Shown here piece by piece: positions 22,646 through 35,960 of a DNA stretch of 64,000 nt. The stretch covers positions 26,226,001 through 26,290,000 of the forward strand of contig OZ365112.1 of NCBI GenBank assembly GCA_977030845.1, written 5' to 3'. The position numbers and the translations under genes are program-made. The notes beneath the pieces were generated by a model. The model ran no database searches. It was not told where the DNA came from and saw only the letters and a list, made by a program, of their open reading frames with translations. Source of the stretch: Fimbriosthenelais zetlandica (Eukaryota). The first letter of the stretch is position 1, and each line of letters starts with the position of its first letter.

Positions 22646-23477
22646 ACAAATGAACTTGATTTATGAAAAGATTTTAAAAGATGGAGGCTGAAATTACCCC
22701 GTGACAAAATTGTGCTTCCTCCTTGAAGAAACTAAATAGTTTAGAGACTATACAATGTCAGAACAGGAAGCAAAAACAACTAAAAAATGCAGGGATTTAC
22801 TGTGAAGTCATGATGTAAAATACCTGATCTAAAAACAAATGTCTAAAAATTAGACTCTCCGAGCAAGACATATCTTATCCCTGGCTATATCTTCTTATGG
22901 GAAAAAGGTTTGAAACTTTTAAAAATCAGACTATTCATTTCATACTTCCAAGAATTGATTGTTCATGTGTAGCCTACGGTACAATCTTAAATAATATAGT
23001 ATTATTTAACTGATAAAGAAACTGTTCGACAAGCACTATGCATTTCAATAGATAATAAATGGGGAACATATATTACTGTATTAACAAATTAACTACGCCA
23101 TTGATTTATCTTCCATAGTTTTATGGGAAATTGTCAATGGCATTATTGGCAATGTCTACTCTAAACAGGTTTTTGGACAGCAAGAATGAAGGACTTGTTA
23201 ACACAGTGGTTGAATCCTCATATCAATTCATGCGTGCCTGTCACATTTTACAGTCAAGTTTATGCCCATCACCCCTGACACGGCTGGAGATGGATGAAAG
23301 GATTGAAACACCCCATCACAAACTTACCCCGAGAGCCCACCGTACCGGTGAAGTCATTTCACATGCAAAGTCAACGCAAAACTAATTCACACTAAGCAGA
23401 AAATTGATTCCCACCATGGGGAAAATGTCAACTGAACGTAAACACCGAAGGATGAACATGCATGCACGAATTCAAGA

Positions 23478-23645
23478 AGAACGGAAGGAATGGAGGAATG
23501 GAATTCGGGAATGAAGGAATTCCGGAGGGAAGGAAGAAAGGAAGGCAGAGAGGCAGGGTGGGAAGGAGGAAGGAAGGAAGGGAAAGAGGCAGTGTAGGAA
23601 GGAAGAAAAGGAGGGAAGGGAGAAAGTAAAGTACGGAAAGAGAAA
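23478..23645. repeat. GGAA-rich simple repeat
   Basis: ggaaggaa/ggagg runs; source of spurious minus-strand ORFs. Confidence 0.8.
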
Positions 23646-26600
23646 CAAATAAAGCAAATAAAGAGACAACGAAGAAGAAATAATGAAATTAATAAATGAA
23701 GAAATCGAAAATTACAAGGAAAATTGTGTCTGTTCATTACTCTTCCACACACACGACATCAGTAGGAACTTCCCCGTGTTTCAACGCAATAGTAAACAAA
23801 TAAAATTAACTGTGACACCCTTCAGAAATGAGCTCACATTCTTTATTCGAGCATTAATATTTTATTGTACTATAATTAGAATGCCTCAACAAGGATGTAA
23901 TATTTTGTTATAATTGGTTTATATATAAATTGGGTCATAGCACCTTTCCTCTAAGATATAGATACTGTCATCCCCACGGCAAGGACCAAATATAGTTGTT
24001 TTTCATTTGTCATAGCAACTAATTGATTTACATACCACCAGATTGGAAAGTTTGTGGTAGTGGAAAGTGGAAAGAAGTCAATGCCCTGTGAATGTTGGCT
24101 TTGCCATATATAGTGAGAACTTTCATGTCACCAGCCATACAATACAAGGGCCTAATTTAATTAAAAGATCAGTGCCAAGATCACACGCAAGGAATGACGC
24201 CAGTGAACAAAAAATTCCACGTGAAAAAAGTACATGTAGGTCGAATGACTATAGGATGATCAGAATAGTACTTAAATTTATTTTTAAACAAACTAAATAA
24301 ACGAATAACTATTATAGGAGCTGTTAATGTTGGCTGTTAGTGAAAAAGGGTGGAAATTCTTCACTATATTATAAAAAATATGACTCCAAATAACACTTTT
24401 GATGCCGACACGCAGCGATATAATGTTCCATTATTGCCCTTCATATACATTTTGGTATACCGGGCCGAAAGATGCCAATAATTTATACTGCGCCAAAACA
24501 GTTAATACAAACTTGTAGAAACCACCACATTGTATGACAGCAGGAGACATGGTGAAATATAGGAAACTGTTTAGTCAGGATGTGACTGCTCTGAGACATC
24601 AGCATGAGAGCTAGGTCGAGAGATAAAAGATGCGCCAACAGTTAAAAGGGAAAGGAATTTAGTGATTTGCGAGGTGAAATTTAAGCTATTCAAGTCCCAA
24701 ATTTTCTTTGTAGAAGGTTCAAAAGACGGCAACAGGATGGCGGTATTTTTACCATTTTTCTCCTGCCGATAAAGTGTGATATTTCTACTTTAATGTTTTA
24801 AACTTGATTTATACAACATAATGTAAAAACTGTGAAAGATAATGGCTGTCAGATAAATTGTCTTGAAGAGAGAAAAAAAAGACTCTTGTCAAAGTATGTT
24901 TCTTATACCTGCAAGGACGAAGATGTCACGGTATTACATTTCCCTGACATGGTCCACTAAATATATTTATAACTGAGAAAAACAGAATCATTGGGTCAAC
25001 ATAAACACTATATTTAGGGCAGGTGTGCAATAACTCTGGAGAAAGTGTTTCTCACGAGGAAAGTGTCAGAATAAAAAAATACAAGAACGGCACGATGAAA
25101 AGCTCATTTTATATCTAAAAAAATAATGCTAGCTTTGAACATAATATATGTCAAGAAGGGGATAGTTGCTATAATCGCCTACACCCATTACAAACAAATT
25201 AATTAATGATATGCTAATATATATTTCCTATATATTCGGTATATTATAATCTATAGAGAATACCATTAGGGGCTTCAGTGTTTCTCTTGAAAAGCCCCCA
25301 AGTTCCCAAATTTAATATCCACACTAAGCGAAACAATAGAGGAAACCGCAAACTAGGGATAAGTTAGTACAACCTGCAATTAATTCAATTATCCTATTCT
25401 ACTTCAGTGACGTGAAAATTAGCAGCTATTTAATCATTTTCCACTCCAGTCAAGCCTTTGTCACTTCTAGCTATAGGGCACTAATCCCAGTACGGACTGT
25501 AAATTGCACATTTTCTGATACAAATCAAAATCAAAATAAAGAATGAGCCAAATGTACAATGTATATATCATGTACATAATTTAGTATTGGAAAATTATAA
25601 AGTATGAAACACCTAGTACTATAAAATAGCCTACAATGTCATACGTTTCAAAAACGCGGTGGGACCCAAAACCGATTAAGTCTATGCTTGGAGTGGTGCG
25701 ATAGGACTGTATATTACGCATCCCTCCATCCGATCAAGCATGAATCCTTGAAATTTAAGTCACTTCACCTGCATCCAGATTTATTACGTAATTACAGGTA
25801 TCCTCACACAATGAGCGTGTATAGTGAGGGAAACAATATCTTTTTTTCCTGAGTGTATTAAATCATTAATTTGCGAACTATTAATAGAAATGGGCAGACA
25901 TCATTGAGGGCAGTTTAAACAGGAAAGATGTGGAAAATGAAACTAGGCACCCTTTGAGAAACTCGAAACCCGGGTCGACAACTGGGATGTTATACATGAT
26001 TTGTGAAACTCGCTTTGTATATGACGGTAATTCTGTCAGCCTATGACAAATTACGATTTAATGCCAGATCACTGTAAAATCACAAGAAACGAAAGAACGA
26101 AAAATAAAATTCGGACGATTTATCTTTATCAATCAAGCTGGCTCCGCTTGCTTACATGTACACGAGCACTTTATAAATACTTAATTTAAGCTTATAGATG
26201 GAATTGGATGGAAGTAGATTGCATGATAAATGGGACAGATTAGTATTAAATAGTATGAACAGTTCTTTATGGACACTTATAATTATTCTGAGGAATTACT
26301 TTAATTGTTCATAAGTTTATACCCAATGAATTATTATATAAATTGAGAGAACTTGAAGACATTATTCCCAATTACTTTGTACAGTTTCTGCAGATGTCAC
26401 AAGACAAGGTCATAGGGACCTTAATTATGTGTTTATCAGTTGATTCGAGCAGTAAATTAAAGTAAGAATTGGAGGCTTATAATACATGATTAACGTGGAG
26501 AAGACCATGACGGCGGTTCTTCTAATGAATACTAAATTCACCTCACTTGTGTCGTGTTTCAGAAAAACAATTTTTGTTTTCCCATGACTAGGTGATTTAA

Positions 26601-29600
26601 AAAACAAAATAGTTATTTTTAATCCACACAGCCTTGAAATGTATATTACAATTAAAGTACATAGGGGAAGCGTTGGAATCATATTAATAAAAAAAAACTT
26701 CTATAAAAAACAATAGCAGAAACTATCAAAAAAAATAGTCTAAAGTCTAAAGAAGCCTATTCTTTAACCGTGTATCTGCCATGTGCATTTGTTACGTTTG
26801 CTTGTTTCAGAATACAATGTAATTGAATAATAGAAGGTAGCACCAGTATGTCTACAGGCAGTATCGGGTGCAGGATTACAATCTCTTTATAAAGTTTGAT
26901 AGATCATCGGGTGATAAAACTGATTAAAAAACATTTTCATCTGATGGTTGGCTAGATAAGTGTACGACTAAAGTTGGTGTAGGCACATAGATGATAATTA
27001 ATGAGTACAGTGGAGGAGCCTAGCACCAAACGAGGCATTCCTGCATGTACTATGAGATTCAATTTCTACAAATATTTTAATTACAGCTACCCCTATTTAA
27101 TGCCATTATATGTTGCTCTAAATCCCTATTTATGTCACAGCCAATTGTTTAAATTCCTCTTGAATTTAAATATTCAGTGGGGAAAAGTGATTTTTGCAGG
27201 GATGTGGAAAGACAGAACTACTTTGTGTGCGGATACATGAATGTGAAAAGGCAGTCCTGAACGAAAAAATAATTGAAAATTCAACAATTTTCAGAAATAT
27301 GACTTGCTGTATTCATTATGAGTAAACTGCAGAGAGTAGACATCGGTCAACATCGTATTTCCTCTATACGCGCCTTGATATGACCATTATCATAGATATT
27401 TAATTTTAATTACATACCCACCCATATATATCCCTGATTGGGAGATTTGATAATGACACAGAAAATGAGAGGTCGATTATTATTAGTAAGGACAAACGTG
27501 TATTACCAGTGTGTCCATATATGACTAACAATGAGATAACATCGGAATGCCCTCGATTTAAATTTTAACATGAATCTTCACTTACCAGAAGAGGTAAGAT
27601 TAAATGATGATTCAGGCCGTGTCTATGAGTGGTGAACGTCACGAGTGATGGCAGGTATGATGATCACAATTATTACTCAAACCAACACGGGGTGAGTTTA
27701 GTGCCTTGTCAACCCATCCATCGGACCATCCACCATCGGCTTCTGGCTGCCCTAGAGCTGGAACGTGATTGACAAAGCTATCAATTAATATGATGACCAT
27801 GATAATGAACACCGTCAATTATTAGGAGTTATCTGTTTAGCACCTGGGAAGACGGCATGGGCGTGCCATGGCAAGGTTATAGGTGAGAACAGGGGCACAA
27901 TAGTTCATAAGTTCATATTCAATAATCTAATAAATTTATATTTATCATCTTTGACACAATATTGGGCCAAAATGAGCCTCAAAATATACTCGTGAGAGAG
28001 CGAGGAGGGGGGCAGGGACTAGAATTAAGCTATGTGAAAAAATATATCTAAATTGCTAGACAATATAGACCTAAATTGCCTATGCCCCTTATTTTTTGAC
28101 TCAACATCGATTTACTGTCAAATAAAATAATATAAACGCATGCCAAGGGATGACAAGATGCGGGACACAAAACGAAATCAGAAATCAGAATGCAAAGGGG
28201 CGCGGCGGGGGTTAATTCATGTTCAAGACAATAAAATGGATGATTATATTCAAGCCACTGGTGGCTCGACCTTGCAACAAAGTTCATTTCAGGTCTCTAT
28301 TAGTAGCAGCGAAGTGCATTAAAGTTTTGACTGATTTCCCCCGACTTGGCTGGGATGTTCTGTAGATAATGTCGAGGTTTCATACCTTATCAGTTCATAA
28401 TTATAATTACAAGTTAGGAGAAAGGTGGACCAGGGTATTTGATGAGTCATTGGCGCACATGGGTGGGCAGTAATGGTTCGAGCACGCTTTGATTTCTGTT
28501 AATGACAGATATTAGGGACGGCACGAGAATAGAGATATCAATTTCATCTTCACTGATCAATAAATGGATAAGAATTTTCACAGTTTCTGATCAACCAAGA
28601 AGAGAAGATAATACATGGGCACGTGGAAAAACAACAACCATTGTCTTCCTTGAGAATTCATTTCGAAATCATGCACCCCACAAGATCAGTAGATCCATTA
28701 AAATCTAAGTTAAAATCCATTAAAATCCAAGGTCAAATCTATGGAGCTGGACATACTACACAGAAACTAGCTGGTATTTCTTTCAACGTAGTGAGACGAG
28801 AAAATAAGTCAATCTTGACACCGAATCGAAACATTAATTGTGTTTTTGTTCAGTCATTTCTCCAATCTAATCTCGATTACCATCTCTCAGTCCAAGTACT
28901 TGGCGTCATTGCATTTAAATGAAATCCATTCATCGGAGCTCGACAGTTCCAAAGGAATCATTTTCAACAAATTGAACCCCATATTTAACATTCTTATCCG
29001 CCATGCACTCAGGAAGTGGAGTTATAATCATCTTTCAAATGAGAGTATCCAGAATATAATACATTAATATAACTCCCCATACATGCCAAAAAAATGAAAT
29101 TATCTCCTTAATCGCCAGTAAAATGAATATTTTATCCTAAAATTGTGACATGATCTCTATTTTAATCTGTTGTCACTTATCAAGTTGCAATTAACGTTTT
29201 TTTTTCACGAAGCAAACGAACTGAACCCCAAATTTCCACTGTTGAGATTTCAAATATTAAAAAAAAGATAAAAGGTAAATTCCCACCGACTTTGACATTT
29301 TTGAAAAATAATTTTTTAGACCGAAAATACCACTTTCGGTATTTCCCTTGGGTGAAAATGATGGATGATTTCTTCACGAGGTATTCAAACAGAAGTCGTG
29401 ACAATCAGCCTTCCAAAAAAAGTACGTTGGCCGTTTATAATGCTAAGTCGGAGAAATGGGGACGTGCGTCACACGGATGAGCGCATGTATAGAGACATTG
29501 AAAACCATGCATTCTAATTAAACAACAAGGAATTCCTTCCTTCAAAAATGATACCTTAAAGGTAAGGGTATAGTAGTATTTAGGTGTTATGAATATTACA

Positions 29601-29952
29601 TGTGTATGCCCATCAATCCATATTCAATGATGGAACACATTTTCAGACAAATCTATACGAAAAATATAATTGATTAAATACACTGCTATGACTGCAAGTA
29701 ATGGTCAATTTTTTTTTTAAAGCTGACTAAAACGCCTGTGAAAATTTCTGGAAGCTTTTAAAGGCACAGGAATTTTACCTCGTAATGCAGGGGTGTAAAA
29801 TTATGACCTTGCGCATAACCTTCCAACATATCCCCGGGCATAGTATTTCTATTACCCAGTGCGTGGTTCATAAATATGTCATTATTTCAAATGGAATTGT
29901 CATAATAGCAAAAAAAGAAGCATAATCAATTTTTGAGATGGTCCTAAATCGT

Positions 29953-29972
29953 GAGATGAGAGAGCGTGAGAG

Positions 29973-30024
<52 letters not shown>

Positions 30025-30075
30025 GGGGGAAGAGAGAGGGAGAGAAAGAAAGAGGAAAGAAAAAGAGCGAGAGAG
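29953..30075. repeat. (GA)n microsatellite and GA-rich tail
   Basis: Long pure GA run at ~29977-30018. Confidence 0.95.
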
Positions 30076-33000
30076 GGTCAACGACCATCCGTCCATATGC
30101 ATAAAAATCATTCCAAGTTCATTCAAATCTTCATTACTTTTGAAGGGCCAAAGTACTTCTATTTTGTCAGAATGATTTAGCGACGTTTTCTGAATTTGAA
30201 ACCCGTCCATCAACTCCAATCATACATCTTGCCAACTCTGCTCTCCCAACCGATCAGGGGGGACCTCTCAAAACGAAAAGGGGAGAGACTGGCAGAGATG
30301 TAGCACACTCTACAATCAAGGCTTCATATAGCACGTCTCGACCTTGCTTTTTATGGAATAGTCCCGCTTGAGAATTGCGCACCTCGATGTAAAGCTATGA
30401 TAATGAGAAGCTGTGGAGAAATATAGCAGAAAACATTCAGAGCGTGATTAAAGTCGATGAAGCGGGCAAAGCGAGGACGTGGCTCCACCTGGGAAGCTTA
30501 AACACATTTGCATGCTTTGACAAATAAACTGTATATTTTGTACCTTAATTTATTCACTCAAGAGACGAACGAAATGGACATAAAGCTCCAAAGTGCTAAC
30601 CAAGTGAACTTGATTTTTCATCACAAAGATACTTATTTTATTAGTCAATTAATGGTAAGATCAAGGATCAATTTAGCATATTATTCTTATGAAATGAAGG
30701 CTGCAGACCTGACATTTCCCAGTATTATCAACAAAGCGTGTCTTGTTCATGTTATTCAGAAATATTTACCTATAACTTGTGTTACAGGCCAAATTGACTA
30801 TAAACCTGTTTTACAAAATTTGAATTTTGTGAATATTATATACATGTAAATAAAATAGAAAGAAGAAGGAAACTATCGAGATGCAGTATAACCATTATTT
30901 TAGAAGACAGTTGCATCACGATATAGCCTACTTTAGTTTTCACATGGATGGCTAATTCCCCAATATTTAACATCAAGCTTGTCGACGTTTGTACATAAAA
31001 TATATTACGCAGGCGAAAATAATTAAAGGAAGCGGCTTGAAAAAAGTGAGGTAAAAATTATCAGCTACTTGGCTTTTAAAGAATGTTAACGTCAAAACTT
31101 CACTGCTTGGCAGCCCACGGTTAACTTCTAGCACTTTATTCTGCTCTGCTTAGCACATAAACTAAATTTCGTTTATAATTTTAGGGATTTCCAAAATGAT
31201 AGCCAAAGGTATGATCATTAAGACCATGAAGTTAAAAGAAAACATAATGTCCCTAAGCTAATTACAAGATTATATGCCTATATTCCCGATAAAAGTTTAG
31301 CTGTGACAGTTCATATTGAATGGTTTAAACAAGAATCCCTCTCAGTTTCTATCACAATCCGTCCAAGCTTTCCATCCTCCTCCTGCCCATCCGTCTAGCT
31401 TTCCCTCTATAACTATTTAAACTTATTTACGTCCCCATCCATCCCCTCCTCCTCCACCCCACTTCCATCTGCACCCGCACTTTCCACACACTCAAAAGGT
31501 TGATGAACTTAACATAATTATGCAGATCAGAAAATTTCCACTCTTGTGAATCGTATAATGAATGCATCATGAGCTTAGACGGCACGGAAATGGTTAATTA
31601 TATCACTTAGTGAAAATCTAATAACCCAACTCCACTTTACCAAACATCTAGGGGCCTGGTAAGTAAGTACTGGTTCATAAAATCAGGGGCCCTGAGTTAA
31701 CGGTAAAATCATGGGTAAAGGGTGTGTATCTTTTATTAAACGCCCCCCTGATGACGCAAGTAATTACGGACTGGCTATAAATACTTCATACGTTTTAATT
31801 ACCTAGCGCAGCAACCAAAGCTATAAACCCCACCGAAATTATCACGGAATTACATGTATTGAAGAAATGTGAATACCCTGGGGTTCGTTTACATGTACAA
31901 TTATAGATGATATACACAAATTGGAGGAAGTATAAATTAATACTAAATAAACTGTTTTTACTCTGAGAAAAAAAAACGTGTTCTCTTCGTCATGGACAAC
32001 GAATGTTGAGTGTGAAAGGTAGCTCGAATTGAAAAATTTGAATTTGGTGAATTTCGGACAGTATGCCTCCTGGAGAGGCAGACTTTGTGAGGAAGAGCTG
32101 GGGCATCACTAAATCACACAAATAGCTGATGAAAACGACTATAGTGAGACCCTCTTTACCATCCCCATGTACCCGCGCCCCATTGCCAAAAAGCACCCCT
32201 TAACCTACCCACTAAACCCTGACCCTGTTTCTTTGTTCAGTCTCAGAGAAAGTCGGTACTTTACAGGGAATATGCAGAGGTTTAATAAAATAGGATATGG
32301 TTTATTGCCTATAAACCTGGTTTCACAGCCCTGAAAATGGCGGGTGGAATGTGGAATAGATGACACAGGTAGAAATTGAAGCAATAACGAATGCCATGGG
32401 TGAAGGGCACGCCTCAATTCATCTCCTTTTGAAGCCCTTGCTATGTTTTGTCTGGATTCTATAGGACTGTCGCGTATTAAATAGGGATCTGTTACCTTGC
32501 TGCTAACAAATTAGGAAAAAATAAATGAAAGACCGAATTCCCCCCACCTTTCAGCCCAGTCAGGTTTTCGGATTCATATATTCGAGAGGAAAGTCACGAG
32601 CAAAGTTGCTTACCTCCACTCTGATTATAAATTTATAAAAGCCGAACTTCTTTTTAACATAGAGCATTACTTTTTTGATTGAGTGTATAAGACTGGGTAA
32701 AATCTGCATGTCTGGTTCCAGAAATGTATAATAATGATTAGTTGGATAACGAGAGGCAGGTGTTGGGTAAGAAAAATTTAAGACTAAGTTAGGTGAAGGA
32801 GAGGAATGGATCATATATTATGCAATATATATAACGGATCATATTAGGGGCAGTTGTCCAAATGTAAATTAATATATAAATATGATTATGGAGCTATTAT
32901 AGTTCTGTTGTCTCGCCACAAATCAATTTCACTAAGCTGTAACGCCCCTACCTCTTTACGGATTATATTACAACATGTGTATTATTCAACTTCAGTTCCA

Positions 33001-35289
33001 ACCCAGATCCCTTCAAATTTATTCGACTCCGTGTACCATGCTGCTTATAGTTCAATGTCTTACTGAATAAGCTATGTCAGACACTCGAATAAAAAAAAAG
33101 CTATTGGCAACGGCAATGAGAAATATATAGCTTTTCTTTTATAGTGAGTGAAAGATCATGTCAAGCTGGACTGAAAGCTTTTCAGATGGAACCACATCGA
33201 AACAATAAAGATGGGAATTCGATGGAAAATTCCACGAAAGCAAAATATCAAAGCTGAACATATATTGGATGATTGAAAAGCCTAAATGCTTCCAAGTACC
33301 TTCGAACTTGTATCAGCTATTCAGAAAGTGAGGAATTCGCTTGGACAAGGTATACATATACATGTCACTGACTATACATCACTTCAAACATTCACAACCA
33401 ATTCATTAATTAAAATCTCATCGCTTTCATGGAGTATGGGGTAACTCTATGTGATGTTGTGTAATTGCCTCATGCGGGCATGATTCAAGTATGCGCCACG
33501 TAGTCTGAATATATACACAAAAAGTTTTTATTACATTTTTGCCGAAATAATTATGTTCTTCATATCAGATCGGCTGGAGAAAATAGAGAAATAGATCAAC
33601 CTGGCGAAAGGGCTATAATGAAGATAGTTTTATAAGACACACTTTATTGCATGACTGATAGTTAGGGTTTACCCATTTAGTTCCAAGAAAACCATTCAGT
33701 TTTATATCTTTATGTAGGCCTATGTACTTTCAGGCTGAGACGAGTCTCCACGGGTTACCTATAGAAACGCGGTTAAAATGCAACATTTTACGCACCAACT
33801 GTCCCAAGGCAGTGTCAGATAAATACATCCTTTGCTGCACATATTTGGTTTTGTGTCCAGGCTACGGTGGCGCTCAAGTGTTACATTCCTCTTTTTACAA
33901 ACCAAAGACATGCTTACATAAATGACAGATAATATATGAAAAGTACCAGGCTAGGAAAACCGAAGACGAAAAAAAACTCATGTTGGAAAAATGGAATTTG
34001 AATTCTGACAGAAAGCCATCAGTCTCTAAAACAAATTAACATGGGTTTAATAAAGATTTGAATGAAATTAATTTGGCCGAGGACTAGTGTAGAGGGGTCG
34101 AATTTTTAACCAACGGAAACACCATCCATTTTACTTGCTGCAAGAAGGCATGCATGGTTATTATTTTCAAAAGAGGTAAATATGAGCAGTGAGATTTTGA
34201 GGTCACGCTCCGTTTAGTGGTGGAGGTGTATCATGTCTTGGGTACCTAGAGGGTGCAAGCAGGCAGATTTCTTGCAACTCTAGTCGGGGATATGAGAGAA
34301 GGGGAAGTAGAGCGCATCTTCTTGCGTGTCTTTCTCAAAGGGGTGTTATAATTATAAGGCAGAAGTCAACACTGGGATTCCCATGTTATAAAACACCTTT
34401 TGATTGGGGAATGTGGTATCAGGTTTCAGTCACTTATTTATCATTGTATTATAACATTGTAATAGGTGATATTTGTAAGGTCGATTGACAATTGATATAT
34501 GACGATGATACAGTAGCTTACATACAATGCCTGGAGGTGTTCTGCAGTTTTACTTTGTATACCAATACAAGGACCTACCACACATTCTAACACATCGCAG
34601 CTAAATTTACCAATACTGGCGGTGTCGTATTTCAACCTCAAAATCTTAATTAATTTGGCGTACAAGCTCCATCACTCATTTTCCCTCGCACATGAATGAT
34701 GCAGAGAGAAATAATTATTCTAGCTTTTCACATGAAGTGGTTTCAAAAGTTAGATTCTGGTGTAGATCTAGCATGAAACAATATTGTAGCATTCAAAATA
34801 AAAAGTGGTATTTTCGGATAAAATCTCAACCCTCCAAGTACCTTCTAGTATAATAAAAGAATATACAAGGGAACAAATTTTGCCAATTAGGCTACCAGAA
34901 TGATAGAGGCCCTACCAATGATATTCCTGACACAAATTAAGCAAAGGAAAAATAAAAAAAATAGCCTAAATATCGATAAAAATAAATTAAAGAAAAGATT
35001 ACATAAGGGGAAAAAATTGCATAATGGGAAAAATGTTTCATCTCATGCACACCCACTGTCAGTTATGACCCCCCGCCTATACCAGTCAGTGGTTCTGGCT
35101 TCTGAGGCAGAACTGACAGTCAGGACTGACACGTGCCTTCTGATGTGGATCCAAGCATCAAATCTGGGACAGAGCACCAGGCCGGTATGCTTAAATTTTT
35201 TTTTCTCTGGTAAAATCTCTTGTCAACTGACGACACACGTTTATATATAAGATACGTATAATTATATATTTAATAAGTGGATGCCATGG

Positions 35290-35960
35290 TATCTTTAGTT
35301 TACAGGCAGCGGCCGCCGACAATATCGGCTCCGGACTACAAAAACCCCTATTATCGCCTGGTAGGAAAAACTGAAATCTAAAACATCACTTTACGCAGGA
35401 TTTCCTACATGACAACCTCCAGTATCACATTACCTAAGTTATTTCGGAATTCCCTGGCCTTTACCTCGCTATTGAGCAGAAATAACGCGGGTAAAAAGGG
35501 AAAATAAGAAAAAAGCCGGTCTTACCTGATTCAGTCATCTACCCACGCCAACGGCCTTGACCTTTCACCTCTTCAACTTCCGGTTCCGCTCCGCTCTGAC
35601 GCACACATAGATTCACAACAGACTCGGTGATAATAATATCCTTCTTTTCATCCGTTTAGGACAAACTGGTATGTATTTACTGTTCCCATTCTTTGTAATA
35701 CATCATTTACTATATGTTTGTGTTAGGGTCATGCCCGGGAGAGCGTTTGACGTCTTGTAGAGACTCATTCTCGTCAGAATTTGATAATCAAGGTGGGCAT
35801 GTTGTAATGTTGTTGGTTTGACTTGATTGCACAAAAAAAATCCTCCGAGCACTGATGATGACAGAAGCACAACGCGCTGAGTCATCGGTTTCCTACTAAC
35901 ACCAGAAGAACGCAGAAGGGTCTCGAATTTAGATGTCAACCACCACGTTTCCTGCAGAAG
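35290..35960. promoter_or_regulatory. CpG-richer, possibly bidirectional promoter region
   Basis: Elevated CpG content. ETS ACTTCCGG at 35576, TGACGTC at ~35747, GCTGAGTCAT at 35876. Minus-strand donor at 35525 and plus-strand candidate donor AAT|GTAAGT at 36102. Confidence 0.5.
35526..35590 (-). other. Candidate first exon of a minus-strand transcript (ATG ACT GAA TCA G|gtaaga)
   Basis: Consensus donor CAG|GTAAGA immediately downstream of the ETS element. A candidate next acceptor tttttcctaccag lies before 35357. Confidence 0.4.

Noticed and set aside
23387-23752. 121-aa Pro/Ser/Phe-rich minus-strand ORF
   Set aside because: Derived from the GGAA simple repeat.
29900-30219. ORFs with RE/ER or SL repeats
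   Set aside because: Artefacts of the (GA)n microsatellite.
33140-33352. Plus-strand exon-like segment with acceptor and donor
   Set aside because: Stops in all frames and no linkage to any gene model.
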